Shown here piece after piece: positions 40,808 through 49,685 of a stretch of 55,117 bases of DNA. The number at the start of each line of letters is the position of its first letter. Positions within the stretch are counted from its first letter, which is position 1. The notes beneath the pieces are model-generated. The model did not search any database. It saw nothing but the letters and a program-made list of their open reading frames with translations, and had not been told where the DNA came from. Source of the stretch: a virus; the IMG/VR virus record IMGVR_UViG_3300020047_002759; one strand, 5' to 3'. Both the position numbers and the translations under genes were made by a program.

Positions 40808-42871
40808 ATGGCACAGGTAGGCTACACGCCCATAAAACTATACTCAAGCGGCACGGCCTTGGCACAGCCCTTAGCGGCAAACTTGTCCCTTGGCGAACTT
40901 GCGCTTAACTACACAGACGGCAAGATTTATTACAAAGACGGCACAGGCGCTGTTTTGGCAATTTCAGGTGGTGTGACCACAATTACGTTTGGCACGACTG
41001 GCTTGACGCCAAGCACAGCAACTGGTGGCGCGGTGACTGTTGCGGGGACTTTGGTTGCGGCAAATGGTGGAACAAGTTTTAGTACGTATGCCGCTGGCGA
41101 TTTAGTTTACGCCTCAGCCGTAAACACGCTTGCAAAGCTTACCGCAGGCACCAATGGCTTTGTATTGACGTTGGCGGGTGGCTTACCCACTTGGGCGGCG
41201 TCAACAGGCGGCGTAACGTCGTTTAGCGCAGGCACCACAGGGCTTACACCAAACACGCCAAGCACAGGCGCAATAGTGCTTGCAGGCACCTTAGCGGTAG
41301 CAAATGGCGGTACTGGAACTGCTACTCCCGCTATTGTTGCAGGCACAAATATCACAGTAACTGGCACTTGGCCAAATCAAACTATCAATGCCAGTGGTGG
41401 TGGTGGTGGCGATGTATTTGGCCCAGCCTCAGCTACTGACACTGCAATTGCTTTGTTTGACACTACAACAGGCAAGTTGCTTAAAAACAGCCTTGTAACT
41501 GTGTCTGCAACAGGTGCAATTGTCGCGCCGCAAGTTGGAAGCACTATTCCTTTTTACTTTGCCAACCAAGCGGCTTTTCCATCTGCGGCCACCTACCACG
41601 GGGCCTTGGCGCACAGTCATTCAGATGGGGCAATGTACTTTGCTCACAGCAGTGCGTGGATTAGATTACTTGATGCAAGCACAACTGTTACCGTAGCACA
41701 GGGTGGCACAGGGCTGGCTACATACACAATTGGCGACACACTCTATGCAAGCGCGGCAACAACCTTAACGCAACTTGCCATCGGTACTGCGTATCAAATC
41801 AGCGCAGTAAATTCGGGTGGAACAGCACCATCGTGGCAAGGGCTGTCCTCGCTGATTGACAACGGATTGACGGCGGCAACGCAAGGTCAGATTTTGTATC
41901 GCAATGCGTCAACTTGGGTGGCGTTGGCCCCCGGGACAAACGGTCAAGTGCTCACCACTGGCGGTGCCGCCGCCAACCCCGCTTGGGCTACCGCCGCCGC
42001 AGGGCTGACTGGATTTACCGCCTCACAAGACATTATTGCACCAAATGCAACAATTTACGCCAACGCCCTGACCGCAACAGCGGCTGTGGCTTCGGCAGAC
42101 ATTGCCTTGGTGCCAAAAGGCGTGGGTGCATTCCTGCTTGCAATTCCTGACGCAACAGTCACAGGAGGCAACAAGCGCGGAAATTACGCAATTGATTTTC
42201 AATTGGTTCGCGCCTCTGCCGCGCAGGTCGCAAGCTCCAACAACGCTGGAATACTTGGCGGTCAAAACAATACTGCAAATGCCACATATGCGGTTGTCAT
42301 TGGTGGTGACACAAACACCGCATCAGGCTCTTATGCGCTTGTTCATGGAACAAACAGCACCGCAAACGCAGTCCAATCTATGGCGGTTGGCGCTTGGGCA
42401 ACCTCTCGTGCCGTGGTTGGGTATAGAGCATTTGCACCCAATGCGCCCATTGCAAGCGCCCTTGGTAACACCCAAATGGGCTTTGTTACGGTTGGTGTTC
42501 AAACAACTGATGCAACCGCAACAATTTTGCGATCCAACACATCTGTAGCCGCCTCAACAAACCAATACTATGTTCCATTGAATGGAATCTCTACTTTTAC
42601 CATATTGATTTCTTGCGGCATTACGGGCGCATCAAACGCTAAGGCTTGGGAATTTAAAGGAGCCGCCAAGAAAGGCGCAACCGAAAACACAAACGTACTT
42701 GTTGGGACATTGACCAAAAATGTATTGGCCGCAGACGCGGGAGCCTCAACTTGGGATGTGGCGGTCACTGCAAACACAACAACTGGCGCTATAACAATCA
42801 CGGCAACTGGCCAAGCAGGAACGACTATTCGTTGGAGCGCAACCGTAATTGCAACTGAGGTATCCTACTAA
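40808..42871 (+). CDS. Tail fibre protein
   Basis: The N-terminus 'YTPIKLYSSGTALAQPLAANLSLGELALNYTDGKIYYKDGTG' and the repeated 'GTL.VANGGTG...G.L.YAS....L..L..GTNG.VLT..GG.P.W' units are classic phage fibre motifs. Confidence 0.75.
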   Translation: MAQVGYTPIKLYSSGTALAQPLAANLSLGELALNYTDGKIYYKDGTGAVLAISGGVTTITFGTTGLTPSTATGGAVTVAGTLVAANGGTSFSTYAAGDLVYASAVNTLAKLTAGTNGFVLTLAGGLPTWAASTGGVTSFSAGTTGLTPNTPSTGAIVLAGTLAVANGGTGTATPAIVAGTNITVTGTWPNQTINASGGGGGDVFGPASATDTAIALFDTTTGKLLKNSLVTVSATGAIVAPQVGSTIPFYFANQAAFPSAATYHGALAHSHSDGAMYFAHSSAWIRLLDASTTVTVAQGGTGLATYTIGDTLYASAATTLTQLAIGTAYQISAVNSGGTAPSWQGLSSLIDNGLTAATQGQILYRNASTWVALAPGTNGQVLTTGGAAANPAWATAAAGLTGFTASQDIIAPNATIYANALTATAAVASADIALVPKGVGAFLLAIPDATVTGGNKRGNYAIDFQLVRASAAQVASSNNAGILGGQNNTANATYAVVIGGDTNTASGSYALVHGTNSTANAVQSMAVGAWATSRAVVGYRAFAPNAPIASALGNTQMGFVTVGVQTTDATATILRSNTSVAASTNQYYVPLNGISTFTILISCGITGASNAKAWEFKGAAKKGATENTNVLVGTLTKNVLAADAGASTWDVAVTANTTTGAITITATGQAGTTIRWSATVIATEVSY

Positions 42872-43437
42872 TGGCTATTAACTTTGACAACTCAAATGCT
42901 GGCGTCATCACGCTGAAGCCGGGCGTCTCGGGCACGCTCACGCTTGTCTTGCCAATTGCGGACGGTAGTGCTAATCAGTTTTTGAAGACTGATGGCGCAG
43001 GCACTCTAAGCTTTGGCGCTGGCTCAATTGGCGCAAATGCAGTGGTGACTGGTTTGATTGAAACCACCACAATTACTGCAACCCCGCTTACGGCCACGGC
43101 TACATACGATGTAATTACGCAGACTGTTTTGTACGTAACAGGCAACGCCACAAACAACTGGACACTGAACGTTAGAGGTAATGGCGTAACCACCTTTAAC
43201 AGTCTGATGGCAATTAACCAAACAATTACCTTGGCTGTAATGGTAACCAACGGCGCAACGCCATTTTTTCAATCAGCAACTCAGATTGATGGAGTTGCGC
43301 AAACGCCAAAATGGCTAAATGCCGTTGCACCGTCCGCTGGTAACGCAAACTCAATTGATGTTTACACGTTGACAATTACAAAAACTTCGATAACGCCAAC
43401 CTACAACATTGTTGCGTCACAAACTAGGTATGCATAA
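42871..43437 (+). CDS. Tail-fibre-associated protein (short fibre/adaptor-like)
   Basis: 188 aa containing 'LVLPIADGSANQFLKTDGAGTLSFG', a fibre-type N-terminal motif. It has an ATGA-type overlap with the upstream fibre gene. Confidence 0.6.
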   Translation: MAINFDNSNAGVITLKPGVSGTLTLVLPIADGSANQFLKTDGAGTLSFGAGSIGANAVVTGLIETTTITATPLTATATYDVITQTVLYVTGNATNNWTLNVRGNGVTTFNSLMAINQTITLAVMVTNGATPFFQSATQIDGVAQTPKWLNAVAPSAGNANSIDVYTLTITKTSITPTYNIVASQTRYA

Positions 43438-43439
43438 CC

Positions 43440-45530
43440 ATGCCAATACTTCAATCTAAGGGAGCGGTAAGCGCACAAGGGTACGGGCAGACAACGCCAA
43501 GACCACTTACGTTTACAGGCACGCCTGCGGAAAATAACCGCGCTCATGGCGTGATTCGGATGACGGGAAACGCATCAATTACGTTAAATTTTCCCAACCT
43601 GACTCTTACCACCGCTGGCTACGCAATGTGGGTGTACAAACTAGCTACGATTACGGGCGGCGTCTCGACCTCAATTACAGGCGGTGGTGGATACAACATA
43701 GTAACTTCACTTGTGGGTGTTGGTAGCTACATCAACGGGGTGGGGACTACTACTGTAAACGCAAACAGCCTCACCGCTAACACAAACACATCAATTACGC
43801 TGGGAACCTTTTTTTCGGGCACAACCGTTGGCACCGACACCGTCTTGATTTATTTTTTGTTTCAAAACAGCCAAGCCTTTTCTTGTGTTCAATACACAGG
43901 AAATAATACCGCAAGAACCATCAGCTTTGTCGCGGCATCAAATACTCTTAATCCTCGATTAGTTTTTGTTGCAAATACCACTGCGGGAACTCTCGTGATG
44001 GGTCAGCCGAATAGTTCAACTTCAAATGCGTGGGGGTTTTTTTCTGGTGGTCAAACTCCAACTGCTATAGCAGGTAGGTGGCAAGCGCAATTTGGCGGTG
44101 GCCTTTTATATCTTGGAGCGGCGGGGTCAGCGGGTTCGCAAAATATTACTGGCAACATATACAACGCATTTTGTTGGGATGGTAATAGCTCATCAACTGT
44201 GTTTGGTAGCAATAATCAGCAGATACTTGCGGGTGGATCCCAAACCACCAGTTGGCCAACCTTAGGCAATAAAAACAATAGAGACGCCGTAACCGTAGGT
44301 AATCAAGCTCAAATGACCCAAGCAATTTGGCTTGTTGTTAACTCAAACACCGCCACAGCTTGTAGTTGGACAAATGGGCATACCACTTCCTTTACGGGCG
44401 GCATGGTGCCGGGCTCCATCACCTACGGATTTATGGTTCCCGCCAGTGGAACTATTCCAACCATTCAATTTTCAAATTTTGGAACCGCAGGCGCTGGTGG
44501 AATTGCTGGGCGCAATGACTCTAGTAGCACTGGAAGCCATGCTTGGTTTGTGTGGTTTTTTGAACCCTCTGACTTTAATATAGACATACCAAATGCTAGG
44601 CCTTTTTACGCAGGGGCTAAATCTGCATTGATTGCCTCAGGCGTTACAACGTCTACATATAACATAGGAAACACAAACAACTACCCTTTTTATTACACAT
44701 TTGTTTTGGTTGTTTCGGGCGTTGGAACAAACGCTGTTGCCGCAAGGCTGTATACAAGGAATCAACAATTTATTCGATGCTCAGACGCTAATTTGCCAAG
44801 CCCATACTATGGCATGAACGCCACCGCTGGAGGCACGCAAGCTTCATCGGGATATGACGGTAGAAACTTTGAGTTTGCTGGGTTGGTTAGCACCCAATCG
44901 CACGCTATTTTGTATGGTGTTCAATTTCCAAGAATTCACTGCACGCCCATGTGGTCAGGAACTGGAACTGTTAGAACTTTCTATCACCAGCTAGGAGACA
45001 TACCCACTTACATGTGGGTAAGAAACACAGACATTTCAAATACCAGCACAATCTTGTTTCACAATGCCCTTGGTGTAGATAAATATATAGATATTTCAGG
45101 GGCCAATGCCGCAGTAACAGACACAACGGTTTGGAACAACACAGCTTTAACGGCCACCACAATTACATGTGGAACAAGTGCCTTAGTAAATACCTCTAAC
45201 GCTGGTTATCATGCTTTTGCGTGGTGCAGTAGGGCGGGGTTTGTGAACGTCGGGTATTACCCCGGGGCGTCGGCCTCGCAAGAAATTCTAATTGGATTTC
45301 AGCCATCCACCGTCATCATCACCGATGGGTCAGGTACTGATGGAACTGTTATGTTTACGGCCAGCATGGGCATGACAGGAGGTAGCAACTACCGCATGCG
45401 CTTGTCAGGCGCGGCAAACAACGCAACCTTGGGTGACGTATGCCTTGGAACCACCTTGGGATTCACCATGGCCTCAACCACCATTCTGAATACCGCAGGA
45501 CGCAACTACTATTTCATTGCCTTTTTATAA
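43440..45530 (+). CDS. Tail fibre / receptor-binding-like protein, function unknown
   Basis: 696-aa Thr/Gly/Asn/Ser-rich ORF that is visibly AT-richer than its flanks. It has two similar segments ('FSCVQYTGNNTARTISFV...' and 'HCTPMWSGTGTVRTFYHQLG...YHAFAWCSRAGFVNVGYYPG'). Confidence 0.65.
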   Translation: MPILQSKGAVSAQGYGQTTPRPLTFTGTPAENNRAHGVIRMTGNASITLNFPNLTLTTAGYAMWVYKLATITGGVSTSITGGGGYNIVTSLVGVGSYINGVGTTTVNANSLTANTNTSITLGTFFSGTTVGTDTVLIYFLFQNSQAFSCVQYTGNNTARTISFVAASNTLNPRLVFVANTTAGTLVMGQPNSSTSNAWGFFSGGQTPTAIAGRWQAQFGGGLLYLGAAGSAGSQNITGNIYNAFCWDGNSSSTVFGSNNQQILAGGSQTTSWPTLGNKNNRDAVTVGNQAQMTQAIWLVVNSNTATACSWTNGHTTSFTGGMVPGSITYGFMVPASGTIPTIQFSNFGTAGAGGIAGRNDSSSTGSHAWFVWFFEPSDFNIDIPNARPFYAGAKSALIASGVTTSTYNIGNTNNYPFYYTFVLVVSGVGTNAVAARLYTRNQQFIRCSDANLPSPYYGMNATAGGTQASSGYDGRNFEFAGLVSTQSHAILYGVQFPRIHCTPMWSGTGTVRTFYHQLGDIPTYMWVRNTDISNTSTILFHNALGVDKYIDISGANAAVTDTTVWNNTALTATTITCGTSALVNTSNAGYHAFAWCSRAGFVNVGYYPGASASQEILIGFQPSTVIITDGSGTDGTVMFTASMGMTGGSNYRMRLSGAANNATLGDVCLGTTLGFTMASTTILNTAGRNYYFIAFL

Positions 45531-45570
45531 AAGGTTAAACTTAAAACCCGTTTAACTTTAAGGAACAAAA

Positions 45571-45750
45571 ATGGTAGAAAAAGTTTGGTTCACACTTGAA
45601 ACAGCAAATCAAATTGTTGGGTACTTGGGCACAAAGCCCTACCAAGAAGTTTTCCAATTGATGGCACAGATCCAAAAAGCGGTTGATGTCCAGCAAGAAG
45701 AAAAAAGAGCAGGCTCAGCACCTGAGGTTCAACCACCCACCGAGGAGTAA
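45571..45750 (+). CDS. Hypothetical 59-aa protein (below the ORF-track cutoff)
   Basis: AAGGA (45560-45564) lies upstream of the ATG. The product is MVEKVWFTLETANQIVGYLGTKPYQEVFQLMAQIQKAVDVQQEEKRAGSAPEVQPPTEE. Confidence 0.5.
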   Translation: MVEKVWFTLETANQIVGYLGTKPYQEVFQLMAQIQKAVDVQQEEKRAGSAPEVQPPTEE

Positions 45751-45753
45751 AAA

Positions 45754-45927
45754 ATGATTGAAGAAGAAAACACACAATCTGAAGAAGAAAATGTTCTTGA
45801 GGCACAAGCTCAACCACAAGCTCAAGCAGAGCCTACAGTGGCCGTTGACGACCCATACGCCTCACAGGCTCACATAGCTGACGAAAACCGCATTTGGCCG
45901 CCTCCCTTTGTGAAGAAGCATGGATAA
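45754..45927 (+). CDS. Hypothetical 57-aa acidic protein (below the ORF-track cutoff)
   Basis: The product is MIEEENTQSEEENVLEAQAQPQAQAEPTVAVDDPYASQAHIADENRIWPPPFVKKHG. It overlaps the next ATG. Confidence 0.45.
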   Translation: MIEEENTQSEEENVLEAQAQPQAQAEPTVAVDDPYASQAHIADENRIWPPPFVKKHG

Positions 45928-46126
45928 CACCACCACTGCCACAGAAATCAAATTGGCCGTGCACGAAGCCGTCTGCACAGAGCGATACCACAGTATTGAA
46001 AGCTCTTTGCGGAACGGCGATAAGCGTATGACCAAGATTGAGTACCTGCTGTACGCGGTGATTATCTGCGTGCTGTTTGGCCCGGGCGTGGCTGGCGAGT
46101 TCATCAAAAAGTTCTTGGGGCTATGA
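45920..46126 (+). CDS. Small membrane protein with a C-terminal TM helix (lysis-cassette member; holin/antiholin-like candidate)
   Basis: 68 aa with the hydrophobic segment 'IEYLLYAVIICVLFGPGVAG'. Confidence 0.5.
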   Translation: MDNTTTATEIKLAVHEAVCTERYHSIESSLRNGDKRMTKIEYLLYAVIICVLFGPGVAGEFIKKFLGL

Positions 46127-46793
46127 AATCGACCCGCTCACCATCTTGCTGGCCGCTCGAGCCTGTGTTACTGCAATCCAGCAAGGTACTGCTTTGTACA
46201 AGCAAGCGAAAACCGCTTTCATGGAGGTCAAGTCCATTGTTGAAGAAACTGCTGGTGTTGCCCGACAGGCCAAAGGTTTTTGGGCCAAGCTCTTCGGAAC
46301 CAAAGAAGAGCCTGTGGCGCAAGCGACGCGAAAAAAGGAAAAATATGTAGCCGTCGACGAGACAAAAGTGCTCTCGGATATTGTGAGTCAATTGAGCACT
46401 TTCTTTCGTTTGCAGGAACAATTGGCTGAGACAATTCGCATTGAAGAGGAGCGATCAAAAAACGTCTATGACCCTGATGCAAATTTGATGGAAGCCGCCC
46501 TCCACAGAATCATGGCCCAAGACCAAATGGCCCTTTTGGAGCGAGAAATAAGAGAGGCGATGGTATACGGTGCCCCAGCCGAGATGGGGGCTCTGTACAG
46601 CCGCACGTTTGCAACACGGGACATCATCAAGGCAGAGCAGGACAAAGCAAGAAAGAAACGGGATGAACAATCATGGCAACGCAAGGAAGAGGAGCGCCTT
46701 TCAAACGAAAGGCAGGCGTACCTACTAGCGACTTTGCTTTTCCTCCTCTACCTGTGGCTACTCCTAACCCTCCTAAGCAGGACTGGGAGCTAG
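46077..46793 (+). CDS. Coiled-coil protein with a C-terminal TM anchor (lysis-cassette member, function unknown); start uncertain
   Basis: The 238-aa track ORF begins at a TTG without an SD and overlaps the upstream gene by 50 nt. The C-terminus is 'AYLLATLLFLLYLWLLLTLLS'. Confidence 0.5.
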   Translation: MARAWLASSSKSSWGYEIDPLTILLAARACVTAIQQGTALYKQAKTAFMEVKSIVEETAGVARQAKGFWAKLFGTKEEPVAQATRKKEKYVAVDETKVLSDIVSQLSTFFRLQEQLAETIRIEEERSKNVYDPDANLMEAALHRIMAQDQMALLEREIREAMVYGAPAEMGALYSRTFATRDIIKAEQDKARKKRDEQSWQRKEEERLSNERQAYLLATLLFLLYLWLLLTLLSRTGS

Positions 46794-46795
46794 TG

Positions 46796-46978
46796 ATGGG
46801 GTGGCTGGCGGCGTTAATTTTGGCGGTGTTCGCGCTCCCTCTGCTTGGCATGCTGTATATGGACGTGTTGCAAACCAAAAAAGAAGCTCAAGCCCAAATT
46901 CAAAAAATGGAAAAACTCAGGCAAAAAATCGAAAAGGAAAGAAAAAATGATTCCAATAGTCGCAACCCTACTGAGTAG
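46796..46978 (+). CDS. Small N-terminal-TM plus charged-helix protein (i-spanin-like or lysis regulator candidate)
   Basis: GGGAG lies 6 nt upstream of ATG 46796. The product is MGWLAALILAVFALPLLGMLYMDVLQTKKEAQAQIQKMEKLRQKIEKERKND.... Confidence 0.45.
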   Translation: MGWLAALILAVFALPLLGMLYMDVLQTKKEAQAQIQKMEKLRQKIEKERKNDSNSRNPTE

Positions 46979-47459
46979 CCTTGCAACAAATGGCCTGACG
47001 CTACTGTCCAGCGCAATCCAAGCCAAGGGCAAGGAGGTGGTCGAAAAGACTTTGGGTGTAAAGATACCTGACGATCCGACACCCGAAGATGTCAGCAATT
47101 TGCGCCAACTTCAGTTTGAGCATGAAGAGCGCCTGCTTGAGCTTGGTATTGAAAAGGCCAAGATGGAATTGGCTGAACTTGAGTTGCTGGCCAAGGCCGC
47201 TCAAAACGACGCTGACAACATCACAGATCGTTGGCAAGCCGATATGACATCTGACTCTTGGTTGTCAAAAAATATACGCCCCATGAGCTTAATTGCCATC
47301 TTTGTGGGCTATTTCATTTTTGCCATGATGTCTGCTTACGGCCACAACGCAAATGAGTCCTACGTCACGTTGCTGGGCAACTGGGGAATGTTAATCATGG
47401 GCGCTTACTTTGGTGGGCGCACGGTTGAAAAACTTGCAGATATGAGGAGCAAAAAATGA
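46947..47459 (+). CDS. Holin candidate (three hydrophobic segments; GTA-type 3-TM holin-like)
   Basis: ATG 46947 has AAGGAAAG upstream. The hydrophobic segments are 'IPIVATLLSSLATNGLTLLSSAI', 'IRPMSLIAIFVGYFIFAMMSAY' and 'YVTLLGNWGMLIMGAYFGG'. Its stop overlaps the endolysin ATG (ATGA). Confidence 0.55.
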   Translation: MIPIVATLLSSLATNGLTLLSSAIQAKGKEVVEKTLGVKIPDDPTPEDVSNLRQLQFEHEERLLELGIEKAKMELAELELLAKAAQNDADNITDRWQADMTSDSWLSKNIRPMSLIAIFVGYFIFAMMSAYGHNANESYVTLLGNWGMLIMGAYFGGRTVEKLADMRSKK

Positions 47460-47797
47460 GCTTAAGCACCGAACAAGCCGCATTCTTGCTGGACTTTTGC
47501 AAACTGGTTCAATATGCCACAGAGCAGGGCTTTGTTGTGACCGCTGGGGAAGTTGCCCGCACCCCCGAACAGCAAGCCATTTACTTCAAAACAGGCCGCT
47601 CAAAGACCATGAATTCCATTCACCTGAAACGGTGCGCTGGAGACTTGAACTTCTTCAGGGATGGGAAGATAATATGGGACAAGAGCATCCTCGCGCCGCT
47701 GGGTGCTTATTGGGAAACTTTGAACCCCAAAAATCGCTGGGGAGGCAATTTCAAATCGCTTGTCGATTGTCCCCATTTTGAGCGTAATGTTGGTTAA
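47456..47797 (+). CDS. Endolysin, peptidase M15 family (VanY / L-alanyl-D-glutamate peptidase-like)
   Basis: 'TPEQQAIYFKTGRSKTMNSIHLKRCAGDLNFF...NRWGGNFKSLVDCPHFE' gives the H..D...H zinc-ligand pattern of M15 peptidases. GAGGAG lies 6 nt upstream. Confidence 0.85.
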   Translation: MSLSTEQAAFLLDFCKLVQYATEQGFVVTAGEVARTPEQQAIYFKTGRSKTMNSIHLKRCAGDLNFFRDGKIIWDKSILAPLGAYWETLNPKNRWGGNFKSLVDCPHFERNVG

Positions 47798-47811
47798 AAA
47801 GGAGCCTCAGG

Positions 47812-48447
47812 ATGGCAACCGCCGTAGCCCAAACATATGACAACCTAGTCACTAGCGTTGAGGCGTATCTAGAGCGCACTGACGCCGTCACTATTGCCTA
47901 CATCCCCACCTTTATCATGCTGGCTGAGCAGGTGCTTGCCGCTGACATGAAGTTTTTGGGGAACATAAACGTAGGTACATTTTCGCTAGTTACATCTCAA
48001 TCAATTGTTCCAAAACCTGCGCGTTGGCACAAAACGGTGTCAATGACGATGATTGTCAATGGTGAGCGCACCCCCTTGTTTTTGCGCAAGTACGAGTATT
48101 TGCGGGGGTATTGGCCAAGCACCACAACTACTGATCAGCCAAAGTTTTACGGTGACTACGATTACACCCATTGGCTGATAGCCCCCACACCTGACGCCGC
48201 TTACAGCGTTGAGACCGTGTACTACGAGCGCGTTCAGCCCTTGGACACAAACAACCAAACCAACTGGTTCACACAATATGCGCCGCAAGCCATGCTGTAT
48301 GGAACTCTTTTGCAAGCAATGCCTTTCCTCAAGAACGACGAGCGTTTACAAATGTGGCAAGCACAGTACACGCAAATCATCAGCACCTTGAAGGAAGAAG
48401 ATAAGCGACGGCTTGCTGACCGTCAAGCCATAGCGATTGACTCATAA
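47812..48447 (+). CDS. Head-tail adaptor/connector-like structural protein
   Basis: 211 aa containing 'LVTSVEAYLERTD...IPTFIMLAEQVL...YLRGYWPS...DQPKFYGDYDYTHWLIAPTPDAAY...YYERVQPL...PQAMLYGTLLQAMPFL', a pattern seen in phage adaptor proteins. Confidence 0.5.
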   Translation: MATAVAQTYDNLVTSVEAYLERTDAVTIAYIPTFIMLAEQVLAADMKFLGNINVGTFSLVTSQSIVPKPARWHKTVSMTMIVNGERTPLFLRKYEYLRGYWPSTTTTDQPKFYGDYDYTHWLIAPTPDAAYSVETVYYERVQPLDTNNQTNWFTQYAPQAMLYGTLLQAMPFLKNDERLQMWQAQYTQIISTLKEEDKRRLADRQAIAIDS

Positions 48448-49685
48448 TGACCTCATACATAAGCCCATTTACAGGCGACGTTATTGTCCCAACTGACGTC
48501 AGCTATGTTTCGTACACGCTGGCCTCTACCCTGCAACTTGTTTGGCCAGCGAATGGTTCAGACAGCAATGATGTTTGTGCGCGGATCATGGACATTCAGG
48601 CGGCAAGTTCGGTTCCGCAATTGAAGTTCCCACCTGCTGATCAAGCGTCGGTTGGCACTGATGCCTTGATACGAAATGTTGGTGCTTTCACGATAACGGT
48701 GACCGATTACAACGGCAACACAATTGCAACGGTGACGGCAGGAACTGCCCGATACATTTACCTGACAAACAATTCCACCTCCAGTGGTATTTGGGGCATC
48801 TTTACCTTTGGTACTGGCACCTCCTCCGCTGATGCCGCTACGCTTGCGGGCTATGGCTTGTTGGCCAGTGGTTTGACTCTGAACCAAAGCCACCCCGTAA
48901 CCACCCTTACCGCCAACTACACCTTTCAGGCATCAGACCGCGCTCAAGCGCTGGCTTGGCCAACCTCGGGTGGCGCAACCAATGCCTACCTGCCCTTGGC
49001 GTCCACCCTCAGCAACAACTGGTTTACGTTACTGAAAAACAATGGCACGGGCACATTGCTGTTAAACACTACAAGCAGTGAGTTGTTGGATGGGACTGCG
49101 TCGGCGAAGACTTTTCAGCCCGGCGACTCGGCGTTCATCATCTGCACTGGCACCTCCTACATCACCATAGGCTACGGCGTAAGCACAGAATTTTCCTTTA
49201 CCGCGCTCACCAAGGTGGTCACCACTGGCACATACACCCTAACGGCGTCAGAGGCCTCCAACACCATCCAAAAATACACTGGCGCTCTTACAGCTAACGT
49301 TACGGTTTATTTTCCACCTGTGGTCAACCTGTACATCATCAGCAACCAAACCACTGGCGCTTTTACGTTAACGATTGGAACCACAATTGGAACCACTGTC
49401 ACGGTGCCAACAAACACTCAGGCAACTGTAATTTGTGATGGCACCAACTTCTTAAACGCCAACACGACCACTGTGAGCAGTACAGTCATTGCAATGGTCG
49501 ATGGAACGGTGACAAACCCTGCGGTGTACTTTGCTTCAGAGCCAACTACTGGTATTTATCGACCTGCGGCGGGCCAGTTTGGTATTGCCATTCTAGGTGT
49601 GTTAGTGTCAAACACAAGGGCGACTGGCCTTGAAATTACGGGGACAGGAACCTTTTCGGGTGGTGTGTCAGGGGGCGCTTTTTAA
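48447..49685 (+). CDS. Tail structural / fibre-like protein
   Basis: 412 aa beginning 'MTSYISPFTGDVIVPTDVSYVSYTLASTLQLVWPANG'. The C-terminus, 'TNPAVYFASEPTTGIYRPAAGQFGIAILG', is a fibre-type motif. Confidence 0.65.
   Translation: MTSYISPFTGDVIVPTDVSYVSYTLASTLQLVWPANGSDSNDVCARIMDIQAASSVPQLKFPPADQASVGTDALIRNVGAFTITVTDYNGNTIATVTAGTARYIYLTNNSTSSGIWGIFTFGTGTSSADAATLAGYGLLASGLTLNQSHPVTTLTANYTFQASDRAQALAWPTSGGATNAYLPLASTLSNNWFTLLKNNGTGTLLLNTTSSELLDGTASAKTFQPGDSAFIICTGTSYITIGYGVSTEFSFTALTKVVTTGTYTLTASEASNTIQKYTGALTANVTVYFPPVVNLYIISNQTTGAFTLTIGTTIGTTVTVPTNTQATVICDGTNFLNANTTTVSSTVIAMVDGTVTNPAVYFASEPTTGIYRPAAGQFGIAILGVLVSNTRATGLEITGTGTFSGGVSGGAF

Noticed and set aside
40808-45530. Diversity-generating retroelement targeting the fibre genes
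   Set aside because: No reverse transcriptase is present anywhere in the genome, and no template/variable repeat pair was seen near the 3' ends of the fibre genes.
45534-45556. GTTAAAC...GTTTAAC hairpin after the 696-aa fibre gene as a terminator
   Set aside because: It has a 7-bp all-weak (AT-rich) stem with a 9-nt loop and no U-tract, so support is too weak to call it.
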